Source of the DNA: Candidatus Dormiibacterota bacterium | Lineage (GTDB): Bacteria > Chloroflexota > Dormibacteria > Aeolococcales > Aeolococcaceae | NCBI GenBank assembly: GCA_963718525.1 | Contig: OY970355.1 | Coordinates: 1-64,000, forward strand | Length of the DNA: 64,000 nucleotides | Reading direction: 5' to 3' | In this document: piece by piece, positions 39,174 through 48,596 of the stretch | Layout of the letters: every line of letters begins with the position of its first letter | Numbering within the stretch: position 1 is the stretch's first letter | Position numbers and translations under genes: made by a program | The notes under the pieces: generated by a model | What the model saw: the letters and a program-made list of their open reading frames with translations, nothing else | Database searches by the model: none | What the model was told of the DNA's origin: nothing

Positions 39174-40198
39174 GCGGCCGCCTCGTGCGACACGCGCACC
39201 AGCTGTTCCAATGAGCGTCGGGCGGCGCCCGAATCAATCGATTCCCTGGCTACGGCAATCCCGTCGACGAGCGTCGTGACCGCATCGGCCGCTACCAGGA
39301 CCGCGGCGGCGTTGAGCAGCACGACGTCACGGCGCGGTCCGCGTTCGCCGTCGAGGAGGGATCGGATCGTCTCCGCATTGGTGGCCGCATCCCCGCCGCG
39401 AACGGCGTCGAGCGGCGCCGCCTCGAGCCCGACATCCTGTGGATCAAGCACGAATGCGCGAACCCTCTTGGCGGTGACCTCGAAGCATTCGGCGGGACCG
39501 GCGACGCCGAGCTCGTCGACGCCGTCGGGTCCCGTGAACACGAGCGAATGGACGTGTCCCAGTCGACGCAGCACCTCCGCCATCAGGGGCGTCAGCCGGG
39601 CGTTTGCAACGCCGAGCGCCTGGTGGCGCACCCGAGCAGGGTTGGCGAGCGGCCCGAGCACGTTGAACACCGTCCGGATCCCGAGCTCGCGGCGGACAGG
39701 AGCGACATGACGCAACGCGGGGTGAAAGTCGGGTGCGAACAGAAATCCGATCCCGGCCTCGACAACGCATCGGCGAACTCCCTCCGGCGAAAGCGAGATC
39801 ACCACACCGAGTGCTTCGAGGACGTCGGCGCTTCCGCATCGTGATGACGCGGCGCGATTGCCATGCTTGGCAACGGGACACCCGGCACCAGCCGCGACCA
39901 GCGCCGCTGCGGTCGAGATGTTGAAGGTCCCCGCAGCATCGCCACCGGTCCCACACGTATCGACCGCCTCGACAGGCAGTGAGACCGGCGTTGCGTGATC
40001 TCGCATCGACTCGACCATGCCGGCGAGCTCGTCAACGGTCTCACCCTTGGTGCGCAGGGCGGCCACGAGCGCTCCCACCTGAGCGGGTGTCGCCTCCCCC
40101 TCCATCATCGTGTCCATCACCGCACGTGCTGTCCCGACATCCAGCGAGCGCAACGTCACGATGGTCTCGAGTGCCTGCCGCATCGTCTCCTCGCCCAT
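39170..40198 (-). CDS. trpD: anthranilate phosphoribosyltransferase
   Basis: DTCGTGGD, FNIST, KHGNRAASS..GSADVLEALG, RTVFNVLGPLANP. Confidence 0.95.
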   Translation of the reverse strand: MGEETMRQALETIVTLRSLDVGTARAVMDTMMEGEATPAQVGALVAALRTKGETVDELAGMVESMRDHATPVSLPVEAVDTCGTGGDAAGTFNISTAAALVAAGAGCPVAKHGNRAASSRCGSADVLEALGVVISLSPEGVRRCVVEAGIGFLFAPDFHPALRHVAPVRRELGIRTVFNVLGPLANPARVRHQALGVANARLTPLMAEVLRRLGHVHSLVFTGPDGVDELGVAGPAECFEVTAKRVRAFVLDPQDVGLEAAPLDAVRGGDAATNAETIRSLLDGERGPRRDVVLLNAAAVLVAADAVTTLVDGIAVARESIDSGAARRSLEQLVRVSHEAAA

Positions 40199-40251
40199 GG
40201 CGGGCGACGGTAGCACCGAGCGTGAGCAGCGCGATCCATATACTCGGATGG

Positions 40252-41058
40252 ATGACCGCGCGCACCCTGGCTCCCTTTGATCCCGACGTCGTCCGGCCGT
40301 GGCACCTCGGCAACGGGCAGCGGGGCGCCCTGCTGATCCATGGGTTCGCGAGCACGCCGCCGGAGTTACGCCGTCTTGGCGAGACCCTCGCGGCGAACGG
40401 GTTCCGGTGTTACGCGCCCGCGCTCCCGGGTCACGGGACGACGCCGGAGGACCTCGAGCGAACCCGCTGGCAGGACTGGGCCGCGTATGTCGCGGCGGCC
40501 TTTGACGAGCTCGCTGCGGAATGCGGCGACGTCGTCGTCGCCGGTCAGTCGATGGGCGGTGCGCTCGCGCTGCACCTGGCGGCACACGACCTTCGTGTCC
40601 GCGCCGTGGCCACGCTCGCCGCGCCGATCTGGTTGAGCGGTCCGCTGCCTGCCTTGCTCCCGCTGATCAAGCGGGTGGTGCGCTGGCACCGCACGGGCGA
40701 CGATGTCGACCTGTGGCATCCCGACGCGGTCGAGGAGTTGTACAGCTATGGCATCCGGCCGACGCGCAGCATTGACGAGCTTCGTCGACTGTGCGCCGCG
40801 GTGCGCAAGGAGCTTGCCGAGATCCGGGCTCCAGTGCTGGTCGTGCACGGGGAGCGGGATCGATCCATCGATCCGCGGTGCGCCCGCGAGATAGCGCGCC
40901 GCCTGGTCGGCAGTGAGGAGGTGCGGCTGCGGCTGCTCCCGCGGAGCGGTCATGCCATCTCCGTCGACGTTGATCGCGACAGCATCAACGCAGAGATCCT
41001 GCAATGGTTCGAGCGCTTCGCACGGCTGGCGCAGGCCCCTGCGACCGCAGGACGATGA
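40252..41058 (+). CDS. carboxylesterase / monoacylglycerol lipase-like alpha/beta hydrolase
   Basis: LIHGF, LPGHGT, GQSMGG, GERD, SGH; leaderless TATACT-7nt-ATG. Confidence 0.9.
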   Translation: MTARTLAPFDPDVVRPWHLGNGQRGALLIHGFASTPPELRRLGETLAANGFRCYAPALPGHGTTPEDLERTRWQDWAAYVAAAFDELAAECGDVVVAGQSMGGALALHLAAHDLRVRAVATLAAPIWLSGPLPALLPLIKRVVRWHRTGDDVDLWHPDAVEELYSYGIRPTRSIDELRRLCAAVRKELAEIRAPVLVVHGERDRSIDPRCAREIARRLVGSEEVRLRLLPRSGHAISVDVDRDSINAEILQWFERFARLAQAPATAGR

Positions 41059-41059
41059 G

Positions 41060-41350
41060 TCAGCTGGAATCGCGATCGGATTCCAGCAGCCGCGCTGCGA
41101 GCGCCGGGTCGATCACTGGATTCTCGAGAGGTCCCGCATCGAGATCTCGATGACGCTTCGACGTATGGCGTTGTGGCGCCTGGCTGGTTTCGCGCGCCGC
41201 GTCACGGATGACATCACCGCAGCCGGCACAGCGGAGCACCGCGGCCGATGTTCCCCTGCCCGCATATTCGCGGTGCGAGAAGCGCAGCTCACCGCCACAG
41301 TGCGCGCAGCGCCGCCGCGGCTTGGCTTCGCGCGGAGTCTCGGCGTTCAT
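41060..41350 (-). CDS. small hypothetical zinc-ribbon protein (96 aa)
   Basis: CAHCGG...LRCAGCG; TACGCT -10 7 nt before ATG 41350; fills the gap between two genes. Confidence 0.6.
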   Translation of the reverse strand: MNAETPREAKPRRRCAHCGGELRFSHREYAGRGTSAAVLRCAGCGDVIRDAARETSQAPQRHTSKRHRDLDAGPLENPVIDPALAARLLESDRDSS

Positions 41351-41400
41351 GCAATCAAGCGTACGGCCTCGAGCGCGTGGACGGCATGGGCGCCGGCCGG

Positions 41401-41982
41401 ATGACGATCCCAGAGTTGATCGTGGATCGTTTACGCGCAGCGGTGCGCGCTCCGCGCGTTGCGCTGACGGCGCCGCCGGATGACCTCCGGCCGGCGTCGG
41501 TGCTGCTCCTGTGCGACCCGCGGACCGCCGGCGTGCCGCTGCTTTTCGTGCTCCGCTCCGAGGAGCTTCGCCAGCACCCCGGTCAGATCGCGTTTCCGGG
41601 TGGCGGCGCGGAAGCCTCCGACGCCGACGCGGTGGCGACCGCGCTGCGCGAGGCTCGAGAAGAGCTCGGCATCCAACCCGAGAACGTCGAGGTGCTCGGT
41701 TTGCTCTCTCCATTCTCGACGGTGGTCTCCGGTCGATGGCTCACGCCCGTCGTGGGGCTGCAGCGGACGTCCATCGACTTCAGGAGCGACGACTTCGAGA
41801 TAGCGGAGTGGTTTCGCATCGATCTCGCGGAACTCCTGGTGGCACCGCATACCGTGCGCGACATCGAGCGCAACGGCATGCGCGGCCGCGTGCACTATTA
41901 CGAGGCGTCAGGCCGCGTCATCTGGGGTGTCACCGGAGCAATCCTCCACGAGCTCCTCGAGCGCCTCGGCAGAACCGACTGA
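41401..41982 (+). CDS. Nudix hydrolase, CoA pyrophosphatase type
   Basis: R...LRQHPGQIAFPGG, TALREAREELG, IWGVTG. Confidence 0.9.
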   Translation: MTIPELIVDRLRAAVRAPRVALTAPPDDLRPASVLLLCDPRTAGVPLLFVLRSEELRQHPGQIAFPGGGAEASDADAVATALREAREELGIQPENVEVLGLLSPFSTVVSGRWLTPVVGLQRTSIDFRSDDFEIAEWFRIDLAELLVAPHTVRDIERNGMRGRVHYYEASGRVIWGVTGAILHELLERLGRTD

Positions 41983-41985
41983 CCG

Positions 41986-42630
41986 TCAAGCGGCGGCAGC
42001 GACGATCTTCTGGTCCTGCGCCGCCGCGACGGCGGCGGCGAATGCCGGCTCAACGGGCGCCGCGGAGTTGACCACCAGCACCACCGCCACGACATCGCCC
42101 TCCTGGAAGGCGACGCCGACTTGACTGTATCCTTCAAGGGTTTTCCCCACAAACTCATCAGCCTGGCAACCGAGGGTTGGCAGCGATGCTGAGCTCGTGA
42201 TGCTCGCGAACTGTGTCTTCGCCGCCTCGCGAAACTGCGGATAATCGGCGGTCGCCGACTGTGTCGACGCATCGAGAACGACATCAACCTCGACGCGATA
42301 GGTGTTGGCAACATTGGCAAAGCCACGTTGATCGGTGTTCGCTGCCCCGTGCATCTCGCCGTCGCTGATCTGTTCGAGCGACGGCCCTCCCGAAGGAAGG
42401 TCGCTGACCGTGAGCGTGAGCTGGGTGACCGGAGAGATGGTGGAGCTGACTTGAGGATTCGCACACGCTGATGAAGATCCGGATGGGGTTGCCGATCCCG
42501 GCGGAACGGCGGTCGTCGGATCCGGCGCCGTGGGGACGACCGTTGCGGGGGCGCCACAGGCGCTCATCGCCGCCACCAGCGCGCAGGCGCCGATGACCAC
42601 AGTTGTACGCATGGAATTGCTCGCTTTCAT
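41986..42630 (-). CDS. hypothetical lipoprotein
   Basis: signal peptide with lipobox AAMSAC, Pro/Thr/Ser linker, two further Cys; GAGGGG SD. Confidence 0.7.
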   Translation of the reverse strand: MKASNSMRTTVVIGACALVAAMSACGAPATVVPTAPDPTTAVPPGSATPSGSSSACANPQVSSTISPVTQLTLTVSDLPSGGPSLEQISDGEMHGAANTDQRGFANVANTYRVEVDVVLDASTQSATADYPQFREAAKTQFASITSSASLPTLGCQADEFVGKTLEGYSQVGVAFQEGDVVAVVLVVNSAAPVEPAFAAAVAAAQDQKIVAAAA

Positions 42631-42666
42631 CGCCCCTCACGATCACCGTACCACACGGTCCCCGAA

Positions 42667-43320
42667 TCAGCGGTACCGCGGATGCACCACAAACGGGTTG
42701 GCGCGCATCTCCTCGCCGACGGTCGTGCGCTGTCCGTGGCCCGGGTAGACGACTGTTTCCGGTGGGAGCGTGTAGATGCGGTGCTCGATGGAAAACATGA
42801 GGGCGGGCCACGATCCGCCGGGCAGATCGCAGCGACCGACGCCGCGGTTGAAGAGCGTGTCGCCGGAGAGCAGGTCGGGTCCCACCCGGAAGCAGACCGA
42901 CCCGCGGGTATGACCCGGCGTGTGCACCACCTCGATGTCGAGGTCGTGCCAGCGAAGCACGCCGCCATCCACGAGGTCCTCCTCGCACACGACATCCGGG
43001 AGGTCGTCCGGGACACCCGGGAGGTAGTGGACCGCTTCGAGTTGCTCGCGGTCATCTGGATGAATCGCGGCCTCACATCCAAATGCGGCCTTGATCGTCG
43101 GGACACCACTGACATGGTCAGGATGGCCATGGGTGAGCAGGATGCGATCACAGCGCAGTCCACGTTGCTCCATCACCGCGAGCGTCTGAGGATGCTGCAA
43201 ACCCGGGTCGACGATCAGCGCGTCGTTCGTGTCGCGGCGCCGGAGCACGTAGCAGTTCTGATCAAACGTCGGGTCGACAACGATCGCCAGTTCGACGAGA
43301 TCTCGGAGCGTATCGGTCAC
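42667..43320 (-). CDS. MBL-fold metallo-hydrolase (glyoxalase II-like)
   Basis: THGHPDH, HTPGHTRG, SGDTLF, PGHG, E...NPF. Confidence 0.92.
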   Translation of the reverse strand: MTDTLRDLVELAIVVDPTFDQNCYVLRRRDTNDALIVDPGLQHPQTLAVMEQRGLRCDRILLTHGHPDHVSGVPTIKAAFGCEAAIHPDDREQLEAVHYLPGVPDDLPDVVCEEDLVDGGVLRWHDLDIEVVHTPGHTRGSVCFRVGPDLLSGDTLFNRGVGRCDLPGGSWPALMFSIEHRIYTLPPETVVYPGHGQRTTVGEEMRANPFVVHPRYR

Positions 43321-43331
43321 GGCTGAAGAGG

Positions 43332-46019
43332 CTAGGCGGGGTTTGCGTTGATCGGCCCCAGGACATCCGAAGCCGTGATCGGAAGCACGAACCCGGCGCC
43401 GTGACGTTCACGCCGTCGCGGTGCGTCCGACTCCACGAGCGCTCGTACGAGCACCTCTTCGACGTTGTCAACCGGGACCACCTCGATGGCATCAAGGATT
43501 TCCTTGTCGATCTCGTAGAGGTCGCGCACGTTCTTCGCAGGCAGGATGAAGGTCTTCAACCCGGAACGGTGCGCGGCGAGCAGCTTGTCCTTGACGCCGC
43601 CGATGGGCAGCACCTTGCCGCGCAAGGTGATCTCGCCGGTCATCGCGAGGTCGCGGCGCACGCGGCGACCCGATGCCACAGACACCATGGCGGTTGCCAT
43701 GGTCACACCGGCCGAGGGTCCGTCCTTGGGGATCGCGCCTGCAGGAACGTGGAGGTGGATCGCGTGGGTATCGAAGAAGTCTCGGGGAGCTCCGTACTCG
43801 ACCGCGTGAACCTTCGCCCACGACAGCGCTGCCCGGGCCGATTCCTCCATGACGCTGCCGAGCTGTCCGGTCAGCACGAGGTCGGGCTTCGTCTCGATGG
43901 CGAGTGCCTCGACGGTCACGATGTCGCCGCCGACCTCGCTCACCACAACGCCGGTCACGGCACCGATCTCGTCCTGCTCGTGCGCTTCGCCGTAATCATG
44001 GCGTCGAGGTCCGAGCAGGTCGGACAGATCCTCGGGGGTGATCACAACGGGCGGCGTGGCACCAGCGGCGAGCTTGCGCGGCACCTTGCGTGCGACCTCG
44101 GCGATGGTGCGGTCGAGCTGCCGGACGCCGGCCTCGCGCGTGTATCCGTGCAGCATGGCGACGATGGTTTCGCGTGGGATCTGCAGCTCGCTCTCGTCGA
44201 GGGAGTGCTGATCGCGCTGACGCGGAACCAGATGGCGCTCGGCGATCTGCACCTTCTCCTGCTCCGTGTATCCGGTGATGCGGATGATCTCCATACGATC
44301 GCGGAGCGGCGGGCTGATCGTCTCAGCGATGTTCGCCGTGGTGATGAACAGCACCTGCGAGAGGTCGTACGGGACCTCAAGATAATGGTCGCTGAACTCC
44401 CAGTTCTGCTCCGGGTCGAGAACCTCGAGCAGGGCGGCGGAAGGGTCGCCGCGGAAGTCGGCGCCGACCTTGTCGATCTCGTCGAGCATGATCACGGCGT
44501 TGCGTGTTCCCGCCGTGCGCATCGATTGGATGATCCGTCCGGGGAGCGCACCGATATATGTGCGCCGATGACCACGGATCTCTGCCTCGTCACGGATCCC
44601 GCCAAGGCTCATCCGCACGAACTTGCGGTCGAGGGCTCTTGCAATGCTCCGACCCAAAGACGTCTTGCCGACGCCTGGGGGGCCTACGAAACACAGGATC
44701 GGGGTCTGCAAGGTTCTTCGCTTAGGAGCGGTCGCGTGTGCGGCGGGTTCGGCAGGTTCGGGGGGTGACTCGGGAGCGGGTGGCGACTCAGGAGCGGGTG
44801 GCGACGCGGGGGGAAGCGCCGATCCGTGGCTGGGCGCCGAGATGGTTGTTCCCAGAACGGACGACGATGTGGAGTCAGACCCAGCCTCGGAGCGGCGAGG
44901 GGTCCCCGCGTCGACAGGACCCGCGCTCTCCGACTCCGCCTTCAACCGGATACGGTCGCGGACCGCGAGCCACTCGAGCACTCGGTCCTTCACTTTGGTG
45001 AGGCCGTAGTGGTCTTCGTCGAGGATTGCGGCGGCGCGGTCGATATCCAACGTCTCGGCGGGGGGATCGACCCAGGGGAGGTCGAGGAGCCAGTCGACCC
45101 ACGTGCGGACCATGCCCATCTCCGGAGAGGCGCTGGGGATTTGTTCGAGGCGGTGGACTTCCTTGAGGACGCGCTGCTTGACGTTGTCGGGCATGCCGGC
45201 CTTCTCGACGCGCGCGGATAGGTCCTCGTCATCCTCACCGGCGTCGTCGAGCTCGGAAAGTTCTTTGCGGATGGCGCGGAGCTGTTCGCGGAGGATGTGC
45301 TCGCGCTGCGAGTTGTTGATGGTCTTCTGGACGTCCTCGTGGATTTTGGTGCGCAATTGCGCGACCTCGACCTCGCGCGCAAGCAGCGGAATGAGCTTGC
45401 GCAGACGGGTGACGGCGTCGGTCTCCTGCAGCAGGGCGACGCGATCGTCGAACCCGAAGTCAGGGCAGGTGCTCGCGATGTCGGCGATGAGCTCCGGTTG
45501 GGAAGCGCGCGCCATCGCGACCGCGGTATCCGCCCCGACCTGAGCGCCCGCGTTAACGTATTCGGCGAACAGCGTTCGGACCGACCCGAAGAGCGCATCC
45601 ACCTCGGTTCCTTCGACAGGCTCAACGGGGATGGGCGTGACGGTCGCGATCCACGCGTCGCCCGAGGCGTCGAAGGCGTCGATGCGCACGCGCTCCTTGC
45701 CCTCGACGAGCGCGTGGGCGCCCCCTCCGGGCAGGCGCCGGAATGCGCCCACATGCGCGATGACCGCGATGGTGTGCACGTCGTCGATGGAGGCGTCGTC
45801 GCGCTCGGCATCGCGCTGGATCGCCAGGACGACTTTGCCGTCTCCGTTGACCGCCGCCTCGAGGGCCGCAACTGACCGGGGCCGCCCAGCGGCTAGCGGC
45901 GCGAGCTGCGAAGGAAACACCACGTTGTCCCGAAGCGGGACCGCCGGAAGTGTCATCGACGCGGGTCCTTCCACGGTCGAAAGGGGATCAGCGGACACCG
46001 GTGGATCGACGTCGGGCAT
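43332..46019 (-). CDS. lon: ATP-dependent Lon protease
   Basis: GPPGVGKTS, RGHRRTYIGALPG, LDEIDK, PKDGPSAG, IGGVKDK; leaderless TATTCT-6nt-ATG. Confidence 0.96.
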   Translation of the reverse strand: MPDVDPPVSADPLSTVEGPASMTLPAVPLRDNVVFPSQLAPLAAGRPRSVAALEAAVNGDGKVVLAIQRDAERDDASIDDVHTIAVIAHVGAFRRLPGGGAHALVEGKERVRIDAFDASGDAWIATVTPIPVEPVEGTEVDALFGSVRTLFAEYVNAGAQVGADTAVAMARASQPELIADIASTCPDFGFDDRVALLQETDAVTRLRKLIPLLAREVEVAQLRTKIHEDVQKTINNSQREHILREQLRAIRKELSELDDAGEDDEDLSARVEKAGMPDNVKQRVLKEVHRLEQIPSASPEMGMVRTWVDWLLDLPWVDPPAETLDIDRAAAILDEDHYGLTKVKDRVLEWLAVRDRIRLKAESESAGPVDAGTPRRSEAGSDSTSSSVLGTTISAPSHGSALPPASPPAPESPPAPESPPEPAEPAAHATAPKRRTLQTPILCFVGPPGVGKTSLGRSIARALDRKFVRMSLGGIRDEAEIRGHRRTYIGALPGRIIQSMRTAGTRNAVIMLDEIDKVGADFRGDPSAALLEVLDPEQNWEFSDHYLEVPYDLSQVLFITTANIAETISPPLRDRMEIIRITGYTEQEKVQIAERHLVPRQRDQHSLDESELQIPRETIVAMLHGYTREAGVRQLDRTIAEVARKVPRKLAAGATPPVVITPEDLSDLLGPRRHDYGEAHEQDEIGAVTGVVVSEVGGDIVTVEALAIETKPDLVLTGQLGSVMEESARAALSWAKVHAVEYGAPRDFFDTHAIHLHVPAGAIPKDGPSAGVTMATAMVSVASGRRVRRDLAMTGEITLRGKVLPIGGVKDKLLAAHRSGLKTFILPAKNVRDLYEIDKEILDAIEVVPVDNVEEVLVRALVESDAPRRRERHGAGFVLPITASDVLGPINANPA
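44768..44811. repeat. 18-bp tandem repeat (about 2.5 copies) encoding SPPAPE within the Lon insertion
   Basis: gactcgggagcgggtggc / gactcaggagcgggtggc / gacgcggg. Confidence 0.7.
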
Positions 46020-46048
46020 CCGTAGAGAATAGCCGGGCACTTCCGGGG

Positions 46049-47095
46049 TCAAACGTCGATCCGCAGCCCTGTCTCCCAATCGCGACGCCATGCAGCCGCG
46101 TAATAGGCCGCCGCAGCCGGGTGCTCAACCCGCATCGCCACCTCCCAGTTGCCCCCCAGGCCTGTTTCGCTCCAGTTCGCCGAGGAGACCACGACCGCTC
46201 CGTCGGCGACCAACCCCTTGGCGTGGCCGGAGGTCGACCGGGCCGGGTCCATCCGCCGGACCGGGAATTCGAGAGCGGCCAGCCGACCGGCGTCGCGCGG
46301 ATCGGGCACACCGCCGATCAGCAGCGCGCACGCGACGCCGCGAGAGCATGCATCAGCCATCCTCTCGAGCAGGTCACGAACGGGCGGAACTTCGGGGCGT
46401 GCGTATGGGACGGTCACGAGCACGCGCCGTCTGGCCCTGCTGATCATCATTCCCAGGGTCGCCGCGATTACGGATCCGCCGATGATGAGACCGAGCCTGC
46501 GCCGGCGAGCGCACACCACCCGCGGTCCAATCTGGGGCATCGGGGTGCCGATCGACGGAATGGTCGGGTGATCAACCGCCGCGTGCGCGGTGGCAGCCCA
46601 CCAGGGCGGAGGTGCCGTCGCCTTTGTCCAATGCGCGTCAAATGCGTCAAGCGCAGTGCCGTGGAGCTGCCTCGAGCGCGCTGCCGTGACCCACCACTCG
46701 CGCGTCCCGGCGAGCGGGGCGCCTGCGGGAGGCAGGCGAAGGTGGCGATCTCGGGGCGCATCCCGCCAGATGAGGTTCCCCGTCCCGACGGCCACCGTCG
46801 AGTCCACGATCAGCAGCTTCCCGTGGGAGCTCTCCGCTCCCACCCCCGCGACCCTGCATGCTCCGCCGGCCGCGGACAATGCGCGCGCGGTCGCCGCGTT
46901 GCCATCGGACACGTGCGCGTCGAGCACCAGCCGGACGCGAACGCCACGTTCGGCTGCGCGAACCAGCGCCCACCGGTACGAGGGGCCGACCTCGTAGACC
47001 GCCGCGTCGATGCTGTGACGTGCATCGCGCAGGAGCTTCATGAGCACCGTCCCGGCCGAATCGGGGCCGAGCGCACAGGTGGCGATCGTCCTCAT
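46049..47095 (-). CDS. phospholipase D superfamily protein with two HKD motifs
   Basis: HGKLLIVD..GTGN and HAKGLVAD..SSANW; no TM or signal peptide. Confidence 0.85.
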   Translation of the reverse strand: MRTIATCALGPDSAGTVLMKLLRDARHSIDAAVYEVGPSYRWALVRAAERGVRVRLVLDAHVSDGNAATARALSAAGGACRVAGVGAESSHGKLLIVDSTVAVGTGNLIWRDAPRDRHLRLPPAGAPLAGTREWWVTAARSRQLHGTALDAFDAHWTKATAPPPWWAATAHAAVDHPTIPSIGTPMPQIGPRVVCARRRRLGLIIGGSVIAATLGMMISRARRRVLVTVPYARPEVPPVRDLLERMADACSRGVACALLIGGVPDPRDAGRLAALEFPVRRMDPARSTSGHAKGLVADGAVVVSSANWSETGLGGNWEVAMRVEHPAAAAYYAAAWRRDWETGLRIDV

Positions 47096-47124
47096 GCCAT
47101 GGCCGCATGGAGGTGGGGTGGCAC
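47092..47124 (-). CDS. putative leaderless uORF MPPHLHAAMA coupled to the PLD gene
   Basis: TAGCGT (47131-47136), 6 nt, then GTG; TGA overlaps the PLD ATG. Confidence 0.3.
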   Translation of the reverse strand: MPPHLHAAMA

Positions 47125-47195
47125 GGGAAAACGCTATGCGCGGGGTACAGCCTCGAGACGCCCGATCATCGACCTGCGGCGGCCGAGCCGCGAAC

Positions 47196-47729
47196 TCATG
47201 CGGAGGCGGGGCCGACCCTCGCCGAGAGCTTCGCCAGCTCCTCGTGATGCGCCTTCACATGTGTGACAACGTCGTCGAGCACTGTGTCCTGCGCCTGGAG
47301 ATGCGCCTGCAGTTGCAGGCATTCGCTGAGGATTGCCTCTGCGTCCTTGTAGGTCTGCTCGGAACGCTTGTCTGCCGCTTTGCCCTGGATGTTCTGCCCC
47401 ACGATGATGATCGGCAGCAGGACCAACTGGATGAAGGTCTGCGCAATCCATGCCACGATGACGATCGCCTGGCCGCTCTGAATCGCCGACGGCAGTGAGA
47501 TCAGTGCGATCAACGTGAAGATGTACGCACACCACATCGTTCCCACGACCGCGGTGATGATGAGCGCGACTTTGCCGTTGACACCGACCCGCTCGTCGTC
47601 GACCTTCACCGGCTTCTCCCGCGCGCGCTGTGCGATGCGCGGGTGGGGTCGGTGCTGAAAAAGCTCCCCAACCTTGGGGATGGCGACCGGATGATGCACC
47701 GGTTGCACGGGTTGGTCGGTCATCGTCAC
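47196..47729 (-). CDS. DUF1003-like membrane protein
   Basis: two TM helices, ITAVVGTMW, IIIVGQN..AADKR; GAGGAG SD. Confidence 0.75.
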   Translation of the reverse strand: MTMTDQPVQPVHHPVAIPKVGELFQHRPHPRIAQRAREKPVKVDDERVGVNGKVALIITAVVGTMWCAYIFTLIALISLPSAIQSGQAIVIVAWIAQTFIQLVLLPIIIVGQNIQGKAADKRSEQTYKDAEAILSECLQLQAHLQAQDTVLDDVVTHVKAHHEELAKLSARVGPASA

Positions 47730-47821
47730 GTCTCCTCACAGCGAGCGCTCCGAGTTGGCGCCCGATCTGGCGATATCGTGAATGATGCGAAAGGAATTGA
47801 GTGCAGTACGGAGCTCGCCGG

Positions 47822-48559
47822 TCACGCGCGACGCCGCAGCATCGCCGGCGGGCGCGAGCGTCGCAGGCTCCAGGCCGGCTGGCGTTCGACGAATTCATAC
47901 ATCGCCGCAGGTCGTCCGGGGCCGCCTTTGGCCAGCGTGCCGGTGGCGCGCACCAGGCCGGACTGCTCCAGCTCGCGGCGGAAGTTCGACGGCTCGTAGG
48001 TGACGCCGCTGATCGCCTCGAACACGCGTCGCGCCTGCGGCATGGTGAAACGCTCCGGCAGGAGCCCGACTGCGATGTTCGACCACCAGAGCTTTCCACG
48101 CAGGCGTTCGACTGCGTCGACGACGATGCGTGGGTGGTCGAAACCCAGCGGCGGGAGCGCGTCGACCGGCTCCCAGCGGGCGCTGGACTCTTCTGCCCGC
48201 AGCACGGCCGCGTCGATGAGCGCGAGGTACGCGACCGTTGGGATCCAGCCGCGCGGGTCGCGCTCCGGATCGCCATAGGTCTCCAGCTGCTCGAGGTAGA
48301 CGGCCCCGACCCCGGTCTTCTCTGTGAGCTTGCGCTGGGCGGTCTCCTCGGGCCGCTCCGTCGGGCTCATGAAGCCTCCGGGGAGGACCCATGTACCCGC
48401 AAAAGGCGCCTCGACCCGCTGCACCAGCAGCACGTGAAGGCGCCCGGACAGTGGGGCGAGCACAACGGGAACCGCATACATGCCTGCCGGGGCCGGAAAG
48501 CCGGACGAATTGACGGCTGTCATGCCGGCGGCGGCACCGGCGTCTGCACGTGGTGGCAT
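47822..48559 (-). CDS. NrtR-like Nudix-winged-helix transcriptional regulator
   Basis: PFAGTWVLPGGF, LEQLETYGDPERDPR, FDH..I, LLPERFT, NFRR, GRPA. Confidence 0.88.
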   Translation of the reverse strand: MPPRADAGAAAGMTAVNSSGFPAPAGMYAVPVVLAPLSGRLHVLLVQRVEAPFAGTWVLPGGFMSPTERPEETAQRKLTEKTGVGAVYLEQLETYGDPERDPRGWIPTVAYLALIDAAVLRAEESSARWEPVDALPPLGFDHPRIVVDAVERLRGKLWWSNIAVGLLPERFTMPQARRVFEAISGVTYEPSNFRRELEQSGLVRATGTLAKGGPGRPAAMYEFVERQPAWSLRRSRPPAMLRRRA

Positions 48560-48596
48560 CGCGTTCGATTGTGGCGACGCGCTAGGCTGCATGTCG

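Noticed and set aside
44712-44946. Lon insertion as an intein
   Set aside because: No terminal His-Asn or other splicing motifs; low-complexity sequence only
47730-47821. Possible riboswitch upstream of the DUF1003-like gene
   Set aside because: Only weak flanking complementarity and no recognisable riboswitch consensus
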